Of a stretch of 64,000 nucleotides of DNA, positions 31,258 to 42,585 are shown piece by piece. Location: positions 864,001 through 928,000 of the forward strand of contig CP084166.1 of NCBI GenBank assembly GCA_021513695.1, written 5' to 3'. Every line of letters starts with the position of its first letter. Within the stretch, counting starts at the first letter, position 1. A program made the position numbers and the translations under genes. This stretch comes from Candidatus Heimdallarchaeum aukensis (GTDB lineage Archaea; Asgardarchaeota; Heimdallarchaeia; Heimdallarchaeales; Heimdallarchaeaceae). The notes under the pieces were generated by a model. That model had not been told where the DNA came from and did no database searches. It saw only the letters and a program-made list of their open reading frames with translations.

Positions 31258-33324
31258 TTGAAAATAACAATTTTATTAGCGATATATCTTATAACAATTC
31301 CAGGATTAGTAATTTATTTATGGTTCATTAGTTTGAATAAAAAAGTAGAATTTTTAAATTATGATATAAAAAAATTAAACTTTACAGATATTATGATTTT
31401 AATTATCTTTATTTCCATTTCTGAAATATCGTTATTAGTATATTTCCTCTTATTATTAAATTTAAAGTATGATAAAATAACTATAATTTTATTAATATTA
31501 CAGTTGATTATCGCATTCCCTTTAATTTTTTATATAAATAAAAAATCTGATTATAAAAAAGATTTCATCACCAAAATTAAGGAAAATATTTCTGTTTATT
31601 ATACTAAACAATTAATGTTAAATAGAAAAGCGATCCCTTTAATTTCTCTATTAATTATAGAATTGATATATGTTATTATAAAAATAAATTCATTCAGTGG
31701 TTTTTATTATAAATATTTAATTGATTTAGGTCCTTTTAATTACTTATCATGGTACTATTGGATAATTTTGTTTGCTCAAATATCCATTTGGATCTATTTC
31801 AACTTGAAGAATAACTTAGAGTGTATAAAGTATTCAGTAGTTTTGTCTTGTCTCATTTTCTTTCATGTATATATTTTCCCTGTTATTTATTACCAAAATA
31901 TGCGATACCTAGACGTATATTTTCATACAATGATTTCTATTTTAGAATTAAATACACAAAAAGTTCATGGATTTTATTTTGGATCTTATGATAAAAAACC
32001 TCTTTCTTACATCTTTTTTTCATTCATGCAATATACACTTCAAGTTAATTGGACTTTATTCTCAAAGATATACTTTATATTCTTAATGATACTTGTTTTA
32101 AAGTCTCTAAACATTATCGTAAGAATTGTATATAAAAGAAATAAAAGAAAGTTATTAAATGATAATAATAAATTAACATACGAAAAACATTATTTTCGTG
32201 TATTATCTTATTCAATACTAATTTTTTCATTAACTTGGATACAAGAATTTCATTTAAGCAGACAAAGCTTTTCTTTTTTATTTTTTTTAGCCTTTATAAT
32301 AATAATATTTACTACAAGAAGTGTAATCAAATATTTTTTAGTTTTCATAATACTTATTATAACATGTCTGTCTCATTTTGTTACACCAATTATAATCTGT
32401 ACAATTTTTATTATTAATGAAATTGTAGAACAATGGAAAAAATATCAGAATAAAGCAATTATAAAAAACTTATTAAGCAAAAAAAAGCATTTGTATTTTT
32501 TCACATTAATTTTTATATTGTTAATTTTTTCAGTATCTATTAGTTTTCATTTAATTAGTTTAAGAAATATATATAATAGTTTTTTAAATGCATTTATTGG
32601 AACTCAGCCTAGTACAGGTCATTTTATTGTCATCTCTGTGCGAATATTAGTGATTATAGTACAAATATCAATTTTTTTATACTCAATATTAAAGAAAGAA
32701 AAAAGTAGCGATAAGATTTTTATAGTAAAGTTTGTTATAATTTCACTAATCTCAATCCTTGGGCCACTTGGTTACTCATTAATATTCGTAGGAGGATATG
32801 TAATTTCTAGGTTCTTATTATTTATGTCTGTTTTTGTTTCTTCATCTATTGCGTATATACGAGTAAGTAAGAAAATAAATGTGATATTGCTTATATTTTT
32901 ATCAATTTCTACTATTATAGCACCCATAGCAAAATATGGTTCCGATTCTACTGAGATGATGTCAACTAAGGAAGAAGAGATATATGCGCTATTTATTAAC
33001 AAATACGAAAATGTTACTATTCATTGTTTTACTCCTTCAAAGATTTTTATCTCATATCTTTCAGCGCTTAAAAACAAATCAACTTATTATCAGATTTACG
33101 ACATAAAATTGCAGAATAAAGAAAGTTTTAATCCAAAGTTATTATTAAATTTTAGTTTATTTATAAACGACTTTATCTGTTTTTCTATTTCAGACTATCA
33201 TTTTATTGATATTAGGTACGGTTGGGGACAAGAATATTTGAATATATGGAAAATATATAATGAAACAAACTATTACATTATGGGGAATGAATATATTTCT
33301 TTTTATTTTATTGATAAAATATAA
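31258..33324 (+). CDS. Large polytopic membrane protein, unknown function (candidate glycan polymerase or ligase)
   Basis: 688 aa, more than 14 hydrophobic segments, no recognisable catalytic motif. Context only. Confidence 0.4.
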   Translation: MKITILLAIYLITIPGLVIYLWFISLNKKVEFLNYDIKKLNFTDIMILIIFISISEISLLVYFLLLLNLKYDKITIILLILQLIIAFPLIFYINKKSDYKKDFITKIKENISVYYTKQLMLNRKAIPLISLLIIELIYVIIKINSFSGFYYKYLIDLGPFNYLSWYYWIILFAQISIWIYFNLKNNLECIKYSVVLSCLIFFHVYIFPVIYYQNMRYLDVYFHTMISILELNTQKVHGFYFGSYDKKPLSYIFFSFMQYTLQVNWTLFSKIYFIFLMILVLKSLNIIVRIVYKRNKRKLLNDNNKLTYEKHYFRVLSYSILIFSLTWIQEFHLSRQSFSFLFFLAFIIIIFTTRSVIKYFLVFIILIITCLSHFVTPIIICTIFIINEIVEQWKKYQNKAIIKNLLSKKKHLYFFTLIFILLIFSVSISFHLISLRNIYNSFLNAFIGTQPSTGHFIVISVRILVIIVQISIFLYSILKKEKSSDKIFIVKFVIISLISILGPLGYSLIFVGGYVISRFLLFMSVFVSSSIAYIRVSKKINVILLIFLSISTIIAPIAKYGSDSTEMMSTKEEEIYALFINKYENVTIHCFTPSKIFISYLSALKNKSTYYQIYDIKLQNKESFNPKLLLNFSLFINDFICFSISDYHFIDIRYGWGQEYLNIWKIYNETNYYIMGNEYISFYFIDKI

Positions 33325-33427
33325 CATAAACAAAGTGTTTATTGGTTTAATTTCATATAATTTAGCCTTAGTTAATAACTTTCATCAACCCCCCAGATAT
33401 TAATTAAAGTAGATTCATATATCAAAT

Positions 33428-34687
33428 TTAATTAGATAGATCAGATTCTCTGTTTTTAAGACATATTAAGATCACCGCTAAAAATTCTACAATATTTGCA
33501 ATCAAAATAGAATATCCAACAGCTAAATAACCAATATATATCACGCCTATAATCATCGTTGGAATACAAGTAATTGCATATATTAAATGAAGCTTAAATG
33601 CATATTTTGATTCTCCTTTAGAATTCTTATACATTATAAAGACAAAATTGAACACGGAGAAAAAAATACCTAAAGAAAGCAACATTAAGAGTTTAAAACT
33701 ATATACAGAATAATTTACGCCAAAAAAGTTTAAAAAAAAGTCGCCAAAAATAAAAATTATTATAATTCCAATCACAACGAGTATTAATGCAAAAAATAAT
33801 GTTTCTAAAGCATTCCTTTTACTTGAATCATGTGAAACATGCGCAAGCATAGTTTGCGAAATAATTTTAGGAATCATTGCAATTATAGCGCTAAAAGTCC
33901 CTGCAATAAAGAGATAAGCTGAATATTCAACTCCGACTATTTTTGCAACGATTGTAGGTGCCAATAATCCGGGTACCCTATAAAAAATGGTGGCAAAATA
34001 ATTATCAAACGAAAAATTAAATGTGTCTTTCAGTAAACGAATATTCACTCTACTAGTAATAAAAGCACTAAAAAGGAATTTAAAATTAACGAAAAATAGA
34101 GATAAAACTAGAATCGTGATACCTATAGCTACTCCCCAACTAAGGAGAAGACCAAATACATCTATATCTTTAGTGATAAAAATAAGACCAATTTTTAATG
34201 ATGAAGCTAACGATGCAGAAATCAGGCTATACTTACTTTTATTTGATGCCAAGAAGTACGAATCATAGAAAACATAAGTTACTTGGAAAATGGAAGTAAT
34301 TACAAAAAACAATATTATGGAAAAAGGCAAGTAATATAATAGTTCTTTCATAGTAAGTAAAAGTATTATAATTACTACTGTACTTGTTACTGTGCTGTTA
34401 CATAATAGTAATTTCAAATAGGTTCCAAATAATTCTTCTATTTTATATTGTTCTTTAAATTTAAGTATCGAGATATTTAATCCAATCATAGAAATTAATG
34501 TTATTAGATTAATATTTGATACTAAAGTTGAATTTATACCAATAATATTAGGTGGATATATCCTTGAACCTATTAGCCAAAATATAAAACCTGAAATCGA
34601 ATTTATTGCGAATGAAAGCATTTGATAAATACTATTTTGATATAACGGTTGTTTAATGAAATCTTTCATTGATTTTCTTAATGTCAC
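33428..34687 (-). CDS. MOP-superfamily (Wzx-like) flippase
   Basis: 419 aa, about 12 TM helices, with polysaccharide-biosynthesis-protein-like topology. Confidence 0.55.
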   Translation of the reverse strand: MTLRKSMKDFIKQPLYQNSIYQMLSFAINSISGFIFWLIGSRIYPPNIIGINSTLVSNINLITLISMIGLNISILKFKEQYKIEELFGTYLKLLLCNSTVTSTVVIIILLLTMKELLYYLPFSIILFFVITSIFQVTYVFYDSYFLASNKSKYSLISASLASSLKIGLIFITKDIDVFGLLLSWGVAIGITILVLSLFFVNFKFLFSAFITSRVNIRLLKDTFNFSFDNYFATIFYRVPGLLAPTIVAKIVGVEYSAYLFIAGTFSAIIAMIPKIISQTMLAHVSHDSSKRNALETLFFALILVVIGIIIIFIFGDFFLNFFGVNYSVYSFKLLMLLSLGIFFSVFNFVFIMYKNSKGESKYAFKLHLIYAITCIPTMIIGVIYIGYLAVGYSILIANIVEFLAVILICLKNRESDLSN

Positions 34688-35740
34688 AAGTATTTAGCAA
34701 AAAAGTTTTTTTATATATTTATTGATATTGTTAACTCAACAGATACAAGTTACACTCACGGAGAGATAAAGAGTCAAGAAGACATTCATAAATCTTTTAT
34801 TTTACCAAGGGTAAAGAGACTATGCCTTTAAGGGGACAGGATGTTGTAATAATCACAAAAACGTTGAAGGACAGTGTTACTTACACTAAGTGAGATCTAT
34901 ACGGTTCATCTCTTGGACAATAACTCCAAGGAGATGTTCAACTCTTCAATAAGTTTCAAGGTGATGGATCTGTGAGCTGATGCAGCCGATAACATGGGTT
35001 TGACACCGTTTATCACCATTAGAAGAAGGTACTCGTTTCTCTTTGTATTGTGTGAAAGAGTACTCCATCGTTGGTTAGAATCTGTTGAGGAAGAGCATAG
35101 TTTTGCATAGCTTGATCTAAAAATTGGGACATATCTAAAGTTTTAACTGTGTGAGAATAGAATTTTGTTGCTACATATATCGAACCGTAGGTGATTACTA
35201 ATTACACTCACGAAGTAGAGGTGTTGGCCTTATTCTTCTACCCGAAGGGCGCTCTAATAGATATTCGTCAAAAGTCGTTAGGTTTAGTTTTCTCGAATCT
35301 TTTTGTTCTCTTGTAAAATTAGCTGTTTTTCTCTATTTCTTTTCACTCTTTTTTTATAGTACTTTATTTATTATAAATGCCCCTCCTGTCTTAAGAATAA
35401 GCAATCTTGACTATATTAACTTTATATTTGCTCCTACCTATGATTGTATGTCTTCTTTCTATAACTTTCTTCTTTATTCACTTATTGATGATTTTTCTAC
35501 TTACTATATATTCTCTTGCTATTTAAGCTACTCTCACCCTTACAAAACTTCTTTAACTACTCTTTTCTAAGTTTTCTAGTTTACGTTTAGGTTTCATGTT
35601 TAATTAGTCACTTGCTCTTTGTAACCCTTTCTTTTACACCATTATCAAGGCTGGTTTAGTAAACAAGGGGTTTCAATTTAAAACATACTATTTAAAAATC
35701 AAATCTAAATTATTTTAAATGCTTTACAATAGTTGTATTT

Positions 35741-36790
35741 ATGGAGAAAAAATTCAAAAAAATTGCAATAGTAGAATTCGTGAGAACTCATTATGATTTT
35801 ATAATTTCAGTTCACGAATATTTATATAAAAAAGGATATAGAGATATTAAAATTCTAACATCATCAGAAATTTGGAAAGATATAGAATATCAACTAATAA
35901 AAATTGAAAATCATATTAATCCTACAAATGTATTTACAGCAGGTAAAGTAAAAAATTATTTCTATATTCTAAAGAATAATTTTGATGTTATTTATTTTAA
36001 TAGTTTTTACTATAGTTGGAAGAATATTATTGGTTTATTATTGCTAAAAATTTTAAAAAGAGACACAGATATAATATTAACTTTACACAATATTAGACGT
36101 CATTTTGAATATAAATCCAAGTTTAAATTTGCTCCTTTGAAAAAAATACTTATAACTGTTATAGATAAAAAAATCAATAAATATATTGTGCTTAACGAAA
36201 AATTGAAAGAATTTGCATCAAAATATACTAAAAAAGAAATTCTTGTAATACCCTTTAAAATACCCCTCAAACAAGAGATACTAACTGTTTACAAATATTC
36301 TTCTAGTTTTTATAAAATAATTATACCTGGTATAATTTCAAATAAAAGAAGAAATTATGATGAGTTAATCAAAGTAATAAAAAATGTTTTAAGTAAACGA
36401 ACAGATTTTAAATTTATACTTCTAGGAAGAATCGTATCAAAAGAGTTAATAGTCCCCCTTACACGTCTCAAACAACAGTTCCCCCAAAACATACAATTTT
36501 TCAGTAGTTATATCGAACAAGAATTGTTTGAAAAATACGTAATTGAATCAGATATTATTTTAGCGCCAATTAGGAAAAATGTCGATAGCAACCCTCAAGA
36601 ACAATATGGTTTAACAAAAGCTTCTGGTATTGAATTTGATGCTTATAAATATAAAAAACCAATATTAATTCCCAGTTTCTATGAAATACAAAATGATAAT
36701 ATTGATGTTACATATTTCAATACATATGATGATCTGACAAAAATACTGTTAAAATATCCGAAAAAAGATAGCTTTTTAATGAGTGCTTAA
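35741..36790 (+). CDS. Hypothetical protein, possibly a glycosyltransferase-like Rossmann protein
   Basis: 349 aa soluble K/I-rich ORF in the glycan locus with no diagnostic motif. Confidence 0.35.
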   Translation: MEKKFKKIAIVEFVRTHYDFIISVHEYLYKKGYRDIKILTSSEIWKDIEYQLIKIENHINPTNVFTAGKVKNYFYILKNNFDVIYFNSFYYSWKNIIGLLLLKILKRDTDIILTLHNIRRHFEYKSKFKFAPLKKILITVIDKKINKYIVLNEKLKEFASKYTKKEILVIPFKIPLKQEILTVYKYSSSFYKIIIPGIISNKRRNYDELIKVIKNVLSKRTDFKFILLGRIVSKELIVPLTRLKQQFPQNIQFFSSYIEQELFEKYVIESDIILAPIRKNVDSNPQEQYGLTKASGIEFDAYKYKKPILIPSFYEIQNDNIDVTYFNTYDDLTKILLKYPKKDSFLMSA

Positions 36791-37529
36791 AGGCTTCTAA
36801 AAACTCTAAGATAATAAATAGTGCTGAGTATAGTGTCGTATGTTCAATTTATAAAGCATAGACTCAGAAAAATAGATGAACACCCACAATTACTTAAACC
36901 TTTATTTCAACCTAGATTCCTTGATACCCCTACTAACAAACAGGTCGAGAAGGAAGATTAAAACAGTGAGAACGGGCTGGATAGTAGCCTTAGCGCTGAT
37001 ATGTGCGTCTTTTTCTACGAGATAAGAACAGTATACAGAGCGGTTAAACCTTGTGAATAAGAAAATACAAAGTATAACACAACATACATTCCGCAAAAAA
37101 CATCCATCTTCAACGTTTGCACAGAGATAAAAAACTCCAAATAGTCCACACAATCACGTTAATAGTAAGAATGCTTTGCTCTTCTCCCGAAACAGTAGAA
37201 GAGGACAGGACAGGATTCAAGGTAAAAGGGGGTTGATTTAGAGTATTGCTAATGGAGTCACGCTTTACATAAAAACAAAGTCATTTTGGAAAGTCCACAA
37301 GATTATAGATTCCCCGATATTCATCCTCTCGGTTGCCCTCTCTCATTTCTACCGTTATAACCCCACACGAACAAGAGCATTTTTCAGAACCTAGAGAAAA
37401 AGACTTCTATGTAGAATTAGAAGATTTCATGCAGATAAAGCCCATCATAACAACAAACTGGGAGGGGGTTTCTCATCCAAGAGAGAATCAAATTTATTAT
37501 CGAACTAAAACGTAAACGTCGATCATGAC

Positions 37530-38330
37530 CTAATTATATAAATCACCTTTTTTTCCTTTGGGGATTGCTAATAAATAACCTTGTATCGTATCTCTAATGT
37601 CTGTGAAATCTCTAAATGGATTAGGATTACCTATAATTATTTCCTTATTTTCGCTTTTAAGAATCTTTGCAATCTGATTAAAAATTACTAAAGTTACAAA
37701 CATAATTTCTCTGTTTGGTCCAGTATTATTATATCCTCTTGTAACAACAATAGGCAATCCATACATACTATGATATTTAAGACTAAATTGTTCAGTAGCT
37801 ACCTTACTAGCTTCATATGGAGACTGTGGTCTAAGCGAATTGTTTTCATTAATAGGTATTTCGCCTAGAGATGGTAATCCATATTCTACACTACTCTCTG
37901 CAATCTGAATATCAATATCTAAATCTGAATTTCTTATTATTTCTAAAAGATTTACAGTACTTTCAATATTTGTACGTACAGCTTCAATAGGCCCCCAAAA
38001 TGAGAAAAGAACAAGACTGTGCTGGTAAGTGAAAGATATAACTTGGTTGGACTTCTTTGATAGTTATTTCTAATGATGAATAATCAATAAGATTAGCTTC
38101 CTTAAGTATAGTTTTATTAAGAAATTTATCAATTTTTGGATTTATTGGATTAGATTGTCTTCTTACAATACTATAAATTTCAACTTCTTGTTCCACAGAT
38201 AGTATTTTTTCTACTAAAGAGCTACCTACAAATCCTAATGTGCCAGTAATCAGAACCTTTTCTTGATGAAAACATGATTTGTCATACAGATCTCTTTTTT
38301 CTTTAGAAAATTTATTTTTATATTCATTAA
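37530..38330 (-). pseudogene. Degraded paralog of the Gmd-like GDP-mannose 4,6-dehydratase at 48601-49704
   Basis: Fragments in different frames align to the intact gene. KVLITGTLGFVGSSLVEK matches RVLITGITGFVGSHLAEK. VRRQSNPINPKI...EANLIDYSSLE...PSYIFHLPAQS matches VVRRQSVPNFPNI...EANLIDYSSLE...PDYIFHLAAQS. YGLPIVVTRGYNNTGPNRE...IIIGNPNPFRDFTDIRDTIQGY matches YGLPIVITRGFNHTGPRRG...IIIGNPKPIRDFTFIEDMIQGY. Frameshifts and stops interrupt them. Confidence 0.75.
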
Positions 38331-38688
38331 TATTGTCTGGATATATTAAGAATTTGCTTGTTTCTCATATATTTCTCAGTAAATTTTATCTTCAAAGAGC
38401 ATAAATAAACTAACGCTTTCTTAGTTTTTAAATTTAATAGCAAGTATTTTAATTTAAACTCATTATTTTTTCAATTTTTTTTTAAAAAAATTTGAAGAAT
38501 AAAATGTAAGAATGAACAAACTTAAAATTAATAATTAAATTCTGCTTCATTAAAATGCATTATTTACTATTTAAATTGTAACTAAATACATAAATACATA
38601 TATACACATATTATTGAAAATAATAAGATAACTTTAACAAACAAATTTATTACAAAAAATAAGAAAAACTTCACATTGGGGGAAATTT

Positions 38689-39387
38689 ATGACAGAAGGA
38701 AAATACAATAATCTAGTTATATTAATTCCAACGCTAAATGAGGAAGATTCTATTGGTTATTTAGTGAACTCATGTAAAAAATTGACAGATAATGTAATTG
38801 TTGTTGATGGGTTATCAATTGATGATACAGTGGTAATCTCTAAGAAAGAAGGGGCAGAAGTGATTTATTGCAAGAAAAAGGGAAAAGGTAATGCTATTAT
38901 AGACGGTTTAAAATACGTATTGAAGAAACCAAATATTGAATATATCGCATATTTGGATGGAGATAGTACATATGACCCTTATGACATAAAAATTCTGTTA
39001 GACAAGATGTTAAATGAAAAAAAACTTGATGTAATAATTGGTAACAGATTACCAAAAAGAGAAAAAGGTTCTATAAAATTTATAAATATAATTGGCAATT
39101 ATTTATTTTCTTTTTTAATTAGTCTAATAAGTAGGGTAAAAATAAGTGATTCACAATCAGGTCTTCGTTTATTATCTAAAAAAGCAACTATGATATATTC
39201 AGATTGTCTAGAGTCTTCTGGTTTTGATATTGAAACTGAAATGATCATTAAAGGGTCGAGAAAAGGTATTAAATTTGGTGAAGTTCCTGTTAGCTATAGG
39301 TGTCGTGAAGGAAATTCTAAACTTAATCCTTTTAGAGATGGATTTAAGATTTTAAAAACGATTATAAAATATAGTTTTAAAAGATAG
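38689..39387 (+). CDS. GT2 dolichyl-phosphate sugar synthase-like glycosyltransferase (Dpm1/AglD/AglJ-type)
   Basis: LVILIPTLNEEDSIGYLVNSCKKL...VVDGLSIDDT...YLDGDSTYDP matches the GT-A architecture of polyprenyl-phosphate glycosyltransferases. 232 aa. Confidence 0.75.
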   Translation: MTEGKYNNLVILIPTLNEEDSIGYLVNSCKKLTDNVIVVDGLSIDDTVVISKKEGAEVIYCKKKGKGNAIIDGLKYVLKKPNIEYIAYLDGDSTYDPYDIKILLDKMLNEKKLDVIIGNRLPKREKGSIKFINIIGNYLFSFLISLISRVKISDSQSGLRLLSKKATMIYSDCLESSGFDIETEMIIKGSRKGIKFGEVPVSYRCREGNSKLNPFRDGFKILKTIIKYSFKR

Positions 39388-39479
39388 AATTTATATTCAT
39401 CTTACACTAAACTATAGTAATCAGATTTCTTTATATAAAACTATTTTTAATCCTTCATTCTATAACATTATAAAATTCT

Positions 39480-40309
39480 CTCCACGTTGATGTTTTAAAT
39501 TTATAAATGATATTAAAAAACTCTTATGGTGCACTTCCAAGGTGTTACAAATACAGACATAGATTGTACTTGAAATAATAGAGAATAAGACGCTTATGAT
39601 GATGGAAGAGAAGACGGTCACGCAACGAGATGAATACAAGTTTGATGAAAACAAAAATGTTTTCTACGGCAGATTTACAGGACACACAGAAGTGTTTTTA
39701 TTTACACAACCAGTGATAAGACTGTTAAAGACGTATTGAACGGTCTTGGAGATAACCTGTCTCATGGGTGGATTCGTGAAAGAAACGATAAAAATGAGTT
39801 AGCAAAAAAATACAAACATATTGATCCAAGATTTCTTTTTGTAAAAAAAAGATATAATTTAAGACCAACTGAAATACAAGGAGCATTTGGAATTCAACAA
39901 CTCAAGAAACTTGAAATATTCTTACGAACTAGAGAAGAAAATGCAAAATTTTGGATAGATAATTTGAACAAATATAGAAGCCTTATTCACATTCCAAAGA
40001 CTGAAACAAATATAAGACATGCATGGTTTGGATTTCCAATAGTTATTTATGAAAAAGCTGGATTTAAACATGATGATTTCATTAAAATATCTTGAAAACA
40101 ATAATATTGAAACTCGTCCAATTATGGCAGGAGATATAATTGAACACCCCGCTATGCACTATTATAACTGGAAACAAGTAAGAACACTAGAAAACTCTTC
40201 AAAGATAATAAAAAATGTTTTCTTCGTTGGAAATCATAGTAGCATTAAACAAAAAGAAAGAGAATACATTATGGATGTAATGAAATCATTTTTGGAAAAA
40301 AACACCTAA
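39480..40309 (+). pseudogene. Degraded C-terminal half of a DegT-family enzyme, paralog of 49730-50998
   Basis: TSDKTVKDVLNGLGDNLSHGWIRERNDKNELAKKY...RYNLRPTEIQGAFGIQQLKKLEIF...NNIETRPIMAGDIIEHPAMHYYNWKQ aligns to the intact copy (HGWIRERKDRSILAKKY...GYNLRPTELQGAFGIHQIKKLDDF...NNIETRPIMSGNITEHPALKYFKWRK). It is split over two frames. The upstream part is a GC-elevated, stop-rich remnant. Confidence 0.7.
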
Positions 40310-40344
40310 CTTTTTTTTAAATATTCATTAAAATCTTTTCTTTT

Positions 40345-41349
40345 AAAGCATGTCCAAAAATTAATTTTTATTAATGTGGGGGTTTATGTCGGAAGTATGA
40401 GTTTCTTTCAGATCATAGACCCCCACAAAGCAAGAGAATTCATAATCATTAATGAACCTTTCCTTAAGAAACTGGTGAAAGAGGAACCGAGAGAAAGTAA
40501 GAGAGGGAGAAAAAGAATAGCAGAAAGGTGGGTGATACTGGCTTTAGCGATCATTGCGAGAATAGAAGGAATTGCTTGGAGGAAGTTAGAGGAAAAGTTG
40601 TCTTTATGCGATTTTTTGATAGAAGAGGGGTGGATGAAGAAGATTCCTTCCAAATCTACTTTTCATGCAGTGTGGAGAGCGACAGAAAGTAAGTTGCTGG
40701 AGCGGTGGATAATAGATTTAGGTAGGGAAATAGTAAGGAAAAAAGGGTTGAAAGCTATGTCGGTGGATAGTTCAGGTTTTAAAATTCGTCAAGCTTCTGT
40801 TTGGCGTTTTCTCAAGTGGGCAAGAGGAGGACTAAAGAAAACCTCCAAACTTTTCTGGAAGATACACCTTATAGTTGGTTTACCCTCTCGAGCTATAGTC
40901 TCTCTTGCTCATTCTGCTAGTAACACTCACGATAGTAAAGTCTTCGGTTTACTATGGCAGAAACTTCCTTCTGCACTCTTGAGACCTTTCTTGAGATTCT
41001 ATGGAGACTGCGCTTACTGGACAGAAAATATCGTGGGACTTCTTAGCCAACATTCCTTTTTTCCTGTTATTCCTCCAAAAAGTAATGCTCGTTATCCCTC
41101 TCCTCCTCCTCTTGGACCAATAGTTCAAGCTCATCGTCTCTACCCTGGTCTCTATCGTCATAATCACCACCCCGAGTATCGTAGTAGTATTGAACATGTC
41201 TTTGGTCTCCTCAAACTCTCTCTTCCCCCGATTCTTGATCGCTTACCCTCCACCATCCTCTCTACCTTGTACAGTTCTCTTCTCTGTTACAACTACCTTT
41301 TACTCCTTCGGACTGTATAGTTGGTGAAAAAGAATTTTTGGACATGCTT
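40345..41349 (+). mobile_element. IS4/IS5-superfamily insertion sequence, copy 1 (about 1005 bp, 18-bp perfect terminal inverted repeats AAAGCATGTCCAAAAATT)
   Basis: Identical to the copy at 47464-48469 over its whole length except for one A insertion in copy 2. The inverted repeats were read at both ends. Flanks suggest a 3-bp duplication (TTT here, AAT at copy 2), but AT-rich flanks make that weak. Confidence 0.85.
40376..41320 (+). CDS. DDE transposase of the IS4/IS5 superfamily
   Basis: C-terminal YRSSIEHVFGLLK fits the R-x3-E-x6-K (YREK) signature of IS4/IS5 transposases. The ORF fills the element. Confidence 0.8.
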   Translation: MGVYVGSMSFFQIIDPHKAREFIIINEPFLKKLVKEEPRESKRGRKRIAERWVILALAIIARIEGIAWRKLEEKLSLCDFLIEEGWMKKIPSKSTFHAVWRATESKLLERWIIDLGREIVRKKGLKAMSVDSSGFKIRQASVWRFLKWARGGLKKTSKLFWKIHLIVGLPSRAIVSLAHSASNTHDSKVFGLLWQKLPSALLRPFLRFYGDCAYWTENIVGLLSQHSFFPVIPPKSNARYPSPPPLGPIVQAHRLYPGLYRHNHHPEYRSSIEHVFGLLKLSLPPILDRLPSTILSTLYSSLLCYNYLLLLRTV

Positions 41350-41397
41350 TTTTAATAGAACATTAAATATTTATATCTATATATTATGTAACTATCA

Positions 41398-42543
41398 ATG
41401 AAAATAGCTATAATTAATCAATTTACCACACCAGAAGCTGGAGGGCACGAAATAAATTTAGCCAAACTATTACATAAAAAAGGACATGAACCTGTAATAA
41501 TAACTTCTGAATATAAGAATCCTAACCTAACCAATTATAAACTTATTAAGGCAGATGTGAAGAAGGATAAAGAACTCTGTTCTTTTAAAATTATAAGACT
41601 AAAAACTATATTTGCCTATTCAGAATTCCCAATTGTGACAGGAATGGATAAAATAATAGCTGAACTTAAACCAGACATTATTAATATTCATGAATTTTTT
41701 CAATACACTAGCTATAAAGGATACAAGTTAGCGAAAAAAAACAAAATACCTATTGTATTAACTCAACACTGTTATTACTTTCCACCCAGTTTTTTGAATA
41801 GATTAGGTATGAAAATTACAACTAAACTTTGGGGAAAAAAAATAATCAAGAATAGTGATGGACTTATAGCTATAGCTGAAAGCTCTAGTAAATTTCTAAA
41901 GGAAGTATCAAAAAATCCAAGATTGAAAGTAAACATAATACCAACGCCATTAGAATTGGATCAATTTCTTGAAATTATACCAGATTTTACTAAAAAATCA
42001 GAAAGTGATATTTTTAGAATATTATATGTTGGAAGAGTAGATGAGAGAAAAGGGATAAAATATTTGTTAGATGCTATGTCAATAGTAACAAAAAGATTCT
42101 ATAAACAAAAAATTGTTTTAGATATTGTTGGAAGAGGAGCAGATTTAAAGAAGTTTAAAAGATATGCAAGAGACAGAAATATTTGTGCAAAATTTCATGG
42201 ATTTGTTGAACATCAAAACATTTCAAAATTTTATAAAAAAGCTAATGTTTTTGTTTTACCCACAATTACAAAAGAACCATTCGGCAACGTAGCAGTTGAA
42301 GCTTTAGCGTCTGGGATCCCAGTTATTGCAAGCAAATTAGGAGGACTAGTAAATATTGTTCAAGAAGGTGCAGGATTTTTAGTTCAACCAAAAAATGCAG
42401 AAGAAATAGCTAATGCAATTACAAAGTTTTTAGATAATCCACTCTTATTAAAAAATTACAGTAAGAATGCAAAAGATCTTGGGTTCAGATTTGCAAATGA
42501 GCCTATAAATTCAATTATAGAGTTATTTCAGAATCTTATTTAA
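41398..42543 (+). CDS. GT4 glycosyltransferase
   Basis: EPFGNVAVEALASGIPVIASKLGG EX7E motif. N-terminal MKIAIINQFTTPEAGGHEINLAKLLHKKGHEPVII matches the GT4 N-domain. Confidence 0.85.
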   Translation: MKIAIINQFTTPEAGGHEINLAKLLHKKGHEPVIITSEYKNPNLTNYKLIKADVKKDKELCSFKIIRLKTIFAYSEFPIVTGMDKIIAELKPDIINIHEFFQYTSYKGYKLAKKNKIPIVLTQHCYYFPPSFLNRLGMKITTKLWGKKIIKNSDGLIAIAESSSKFLKEVSKNPRLKVNIIPTPLELDQFLEIIPDFTKKSESDIFRILYVGRVDERKGIKYLLDAMSIVTKRFYKQKIVLDIVGRGADLKKFKRYARDRNICAKFHGFVEHQNISKFYKKANVFVLPTITKEPFGNVAVEALASGIPVIASKLGGLVNIVQEGAGFLVQPKNAEEIANAITKFLDNPLLLKNYSKNAKDLGFRFANEPINSIIELFQNLI

Positions 42544-42585
42544 ACATGTTTCTGAACTAAATATTGTTTAAGTAATCACAAAGAG

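Noticed and set aside
36902-37515. ORFs 36902-37153 (-) and 37333-37515 (+) in the GC-elevated ORF-poor segment
   Set aside because: They are short, lack start context and motifs, and lie in a region that looks like decayed sequence. They are reported instead as an unexplained noncoding or remnant region.
39736-40309. Treating 39736-40095 and 40049-40309 as two real small genes
   Set aside because: Together they align to the C-terminal half of the intact DegT-family gene at 49730-50998, with one frame change. They are better explained as a single pseudogene.
40408-41197. 81-aa ORFs on the minus strand inside both IS5-type copies (40408-40653, 40952-41197, 47527-47772, 48072-48317)
   Set aside because: They are antisense to the transposase gene and duplicated only because the IS is duplicated. 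They are not independent genes.
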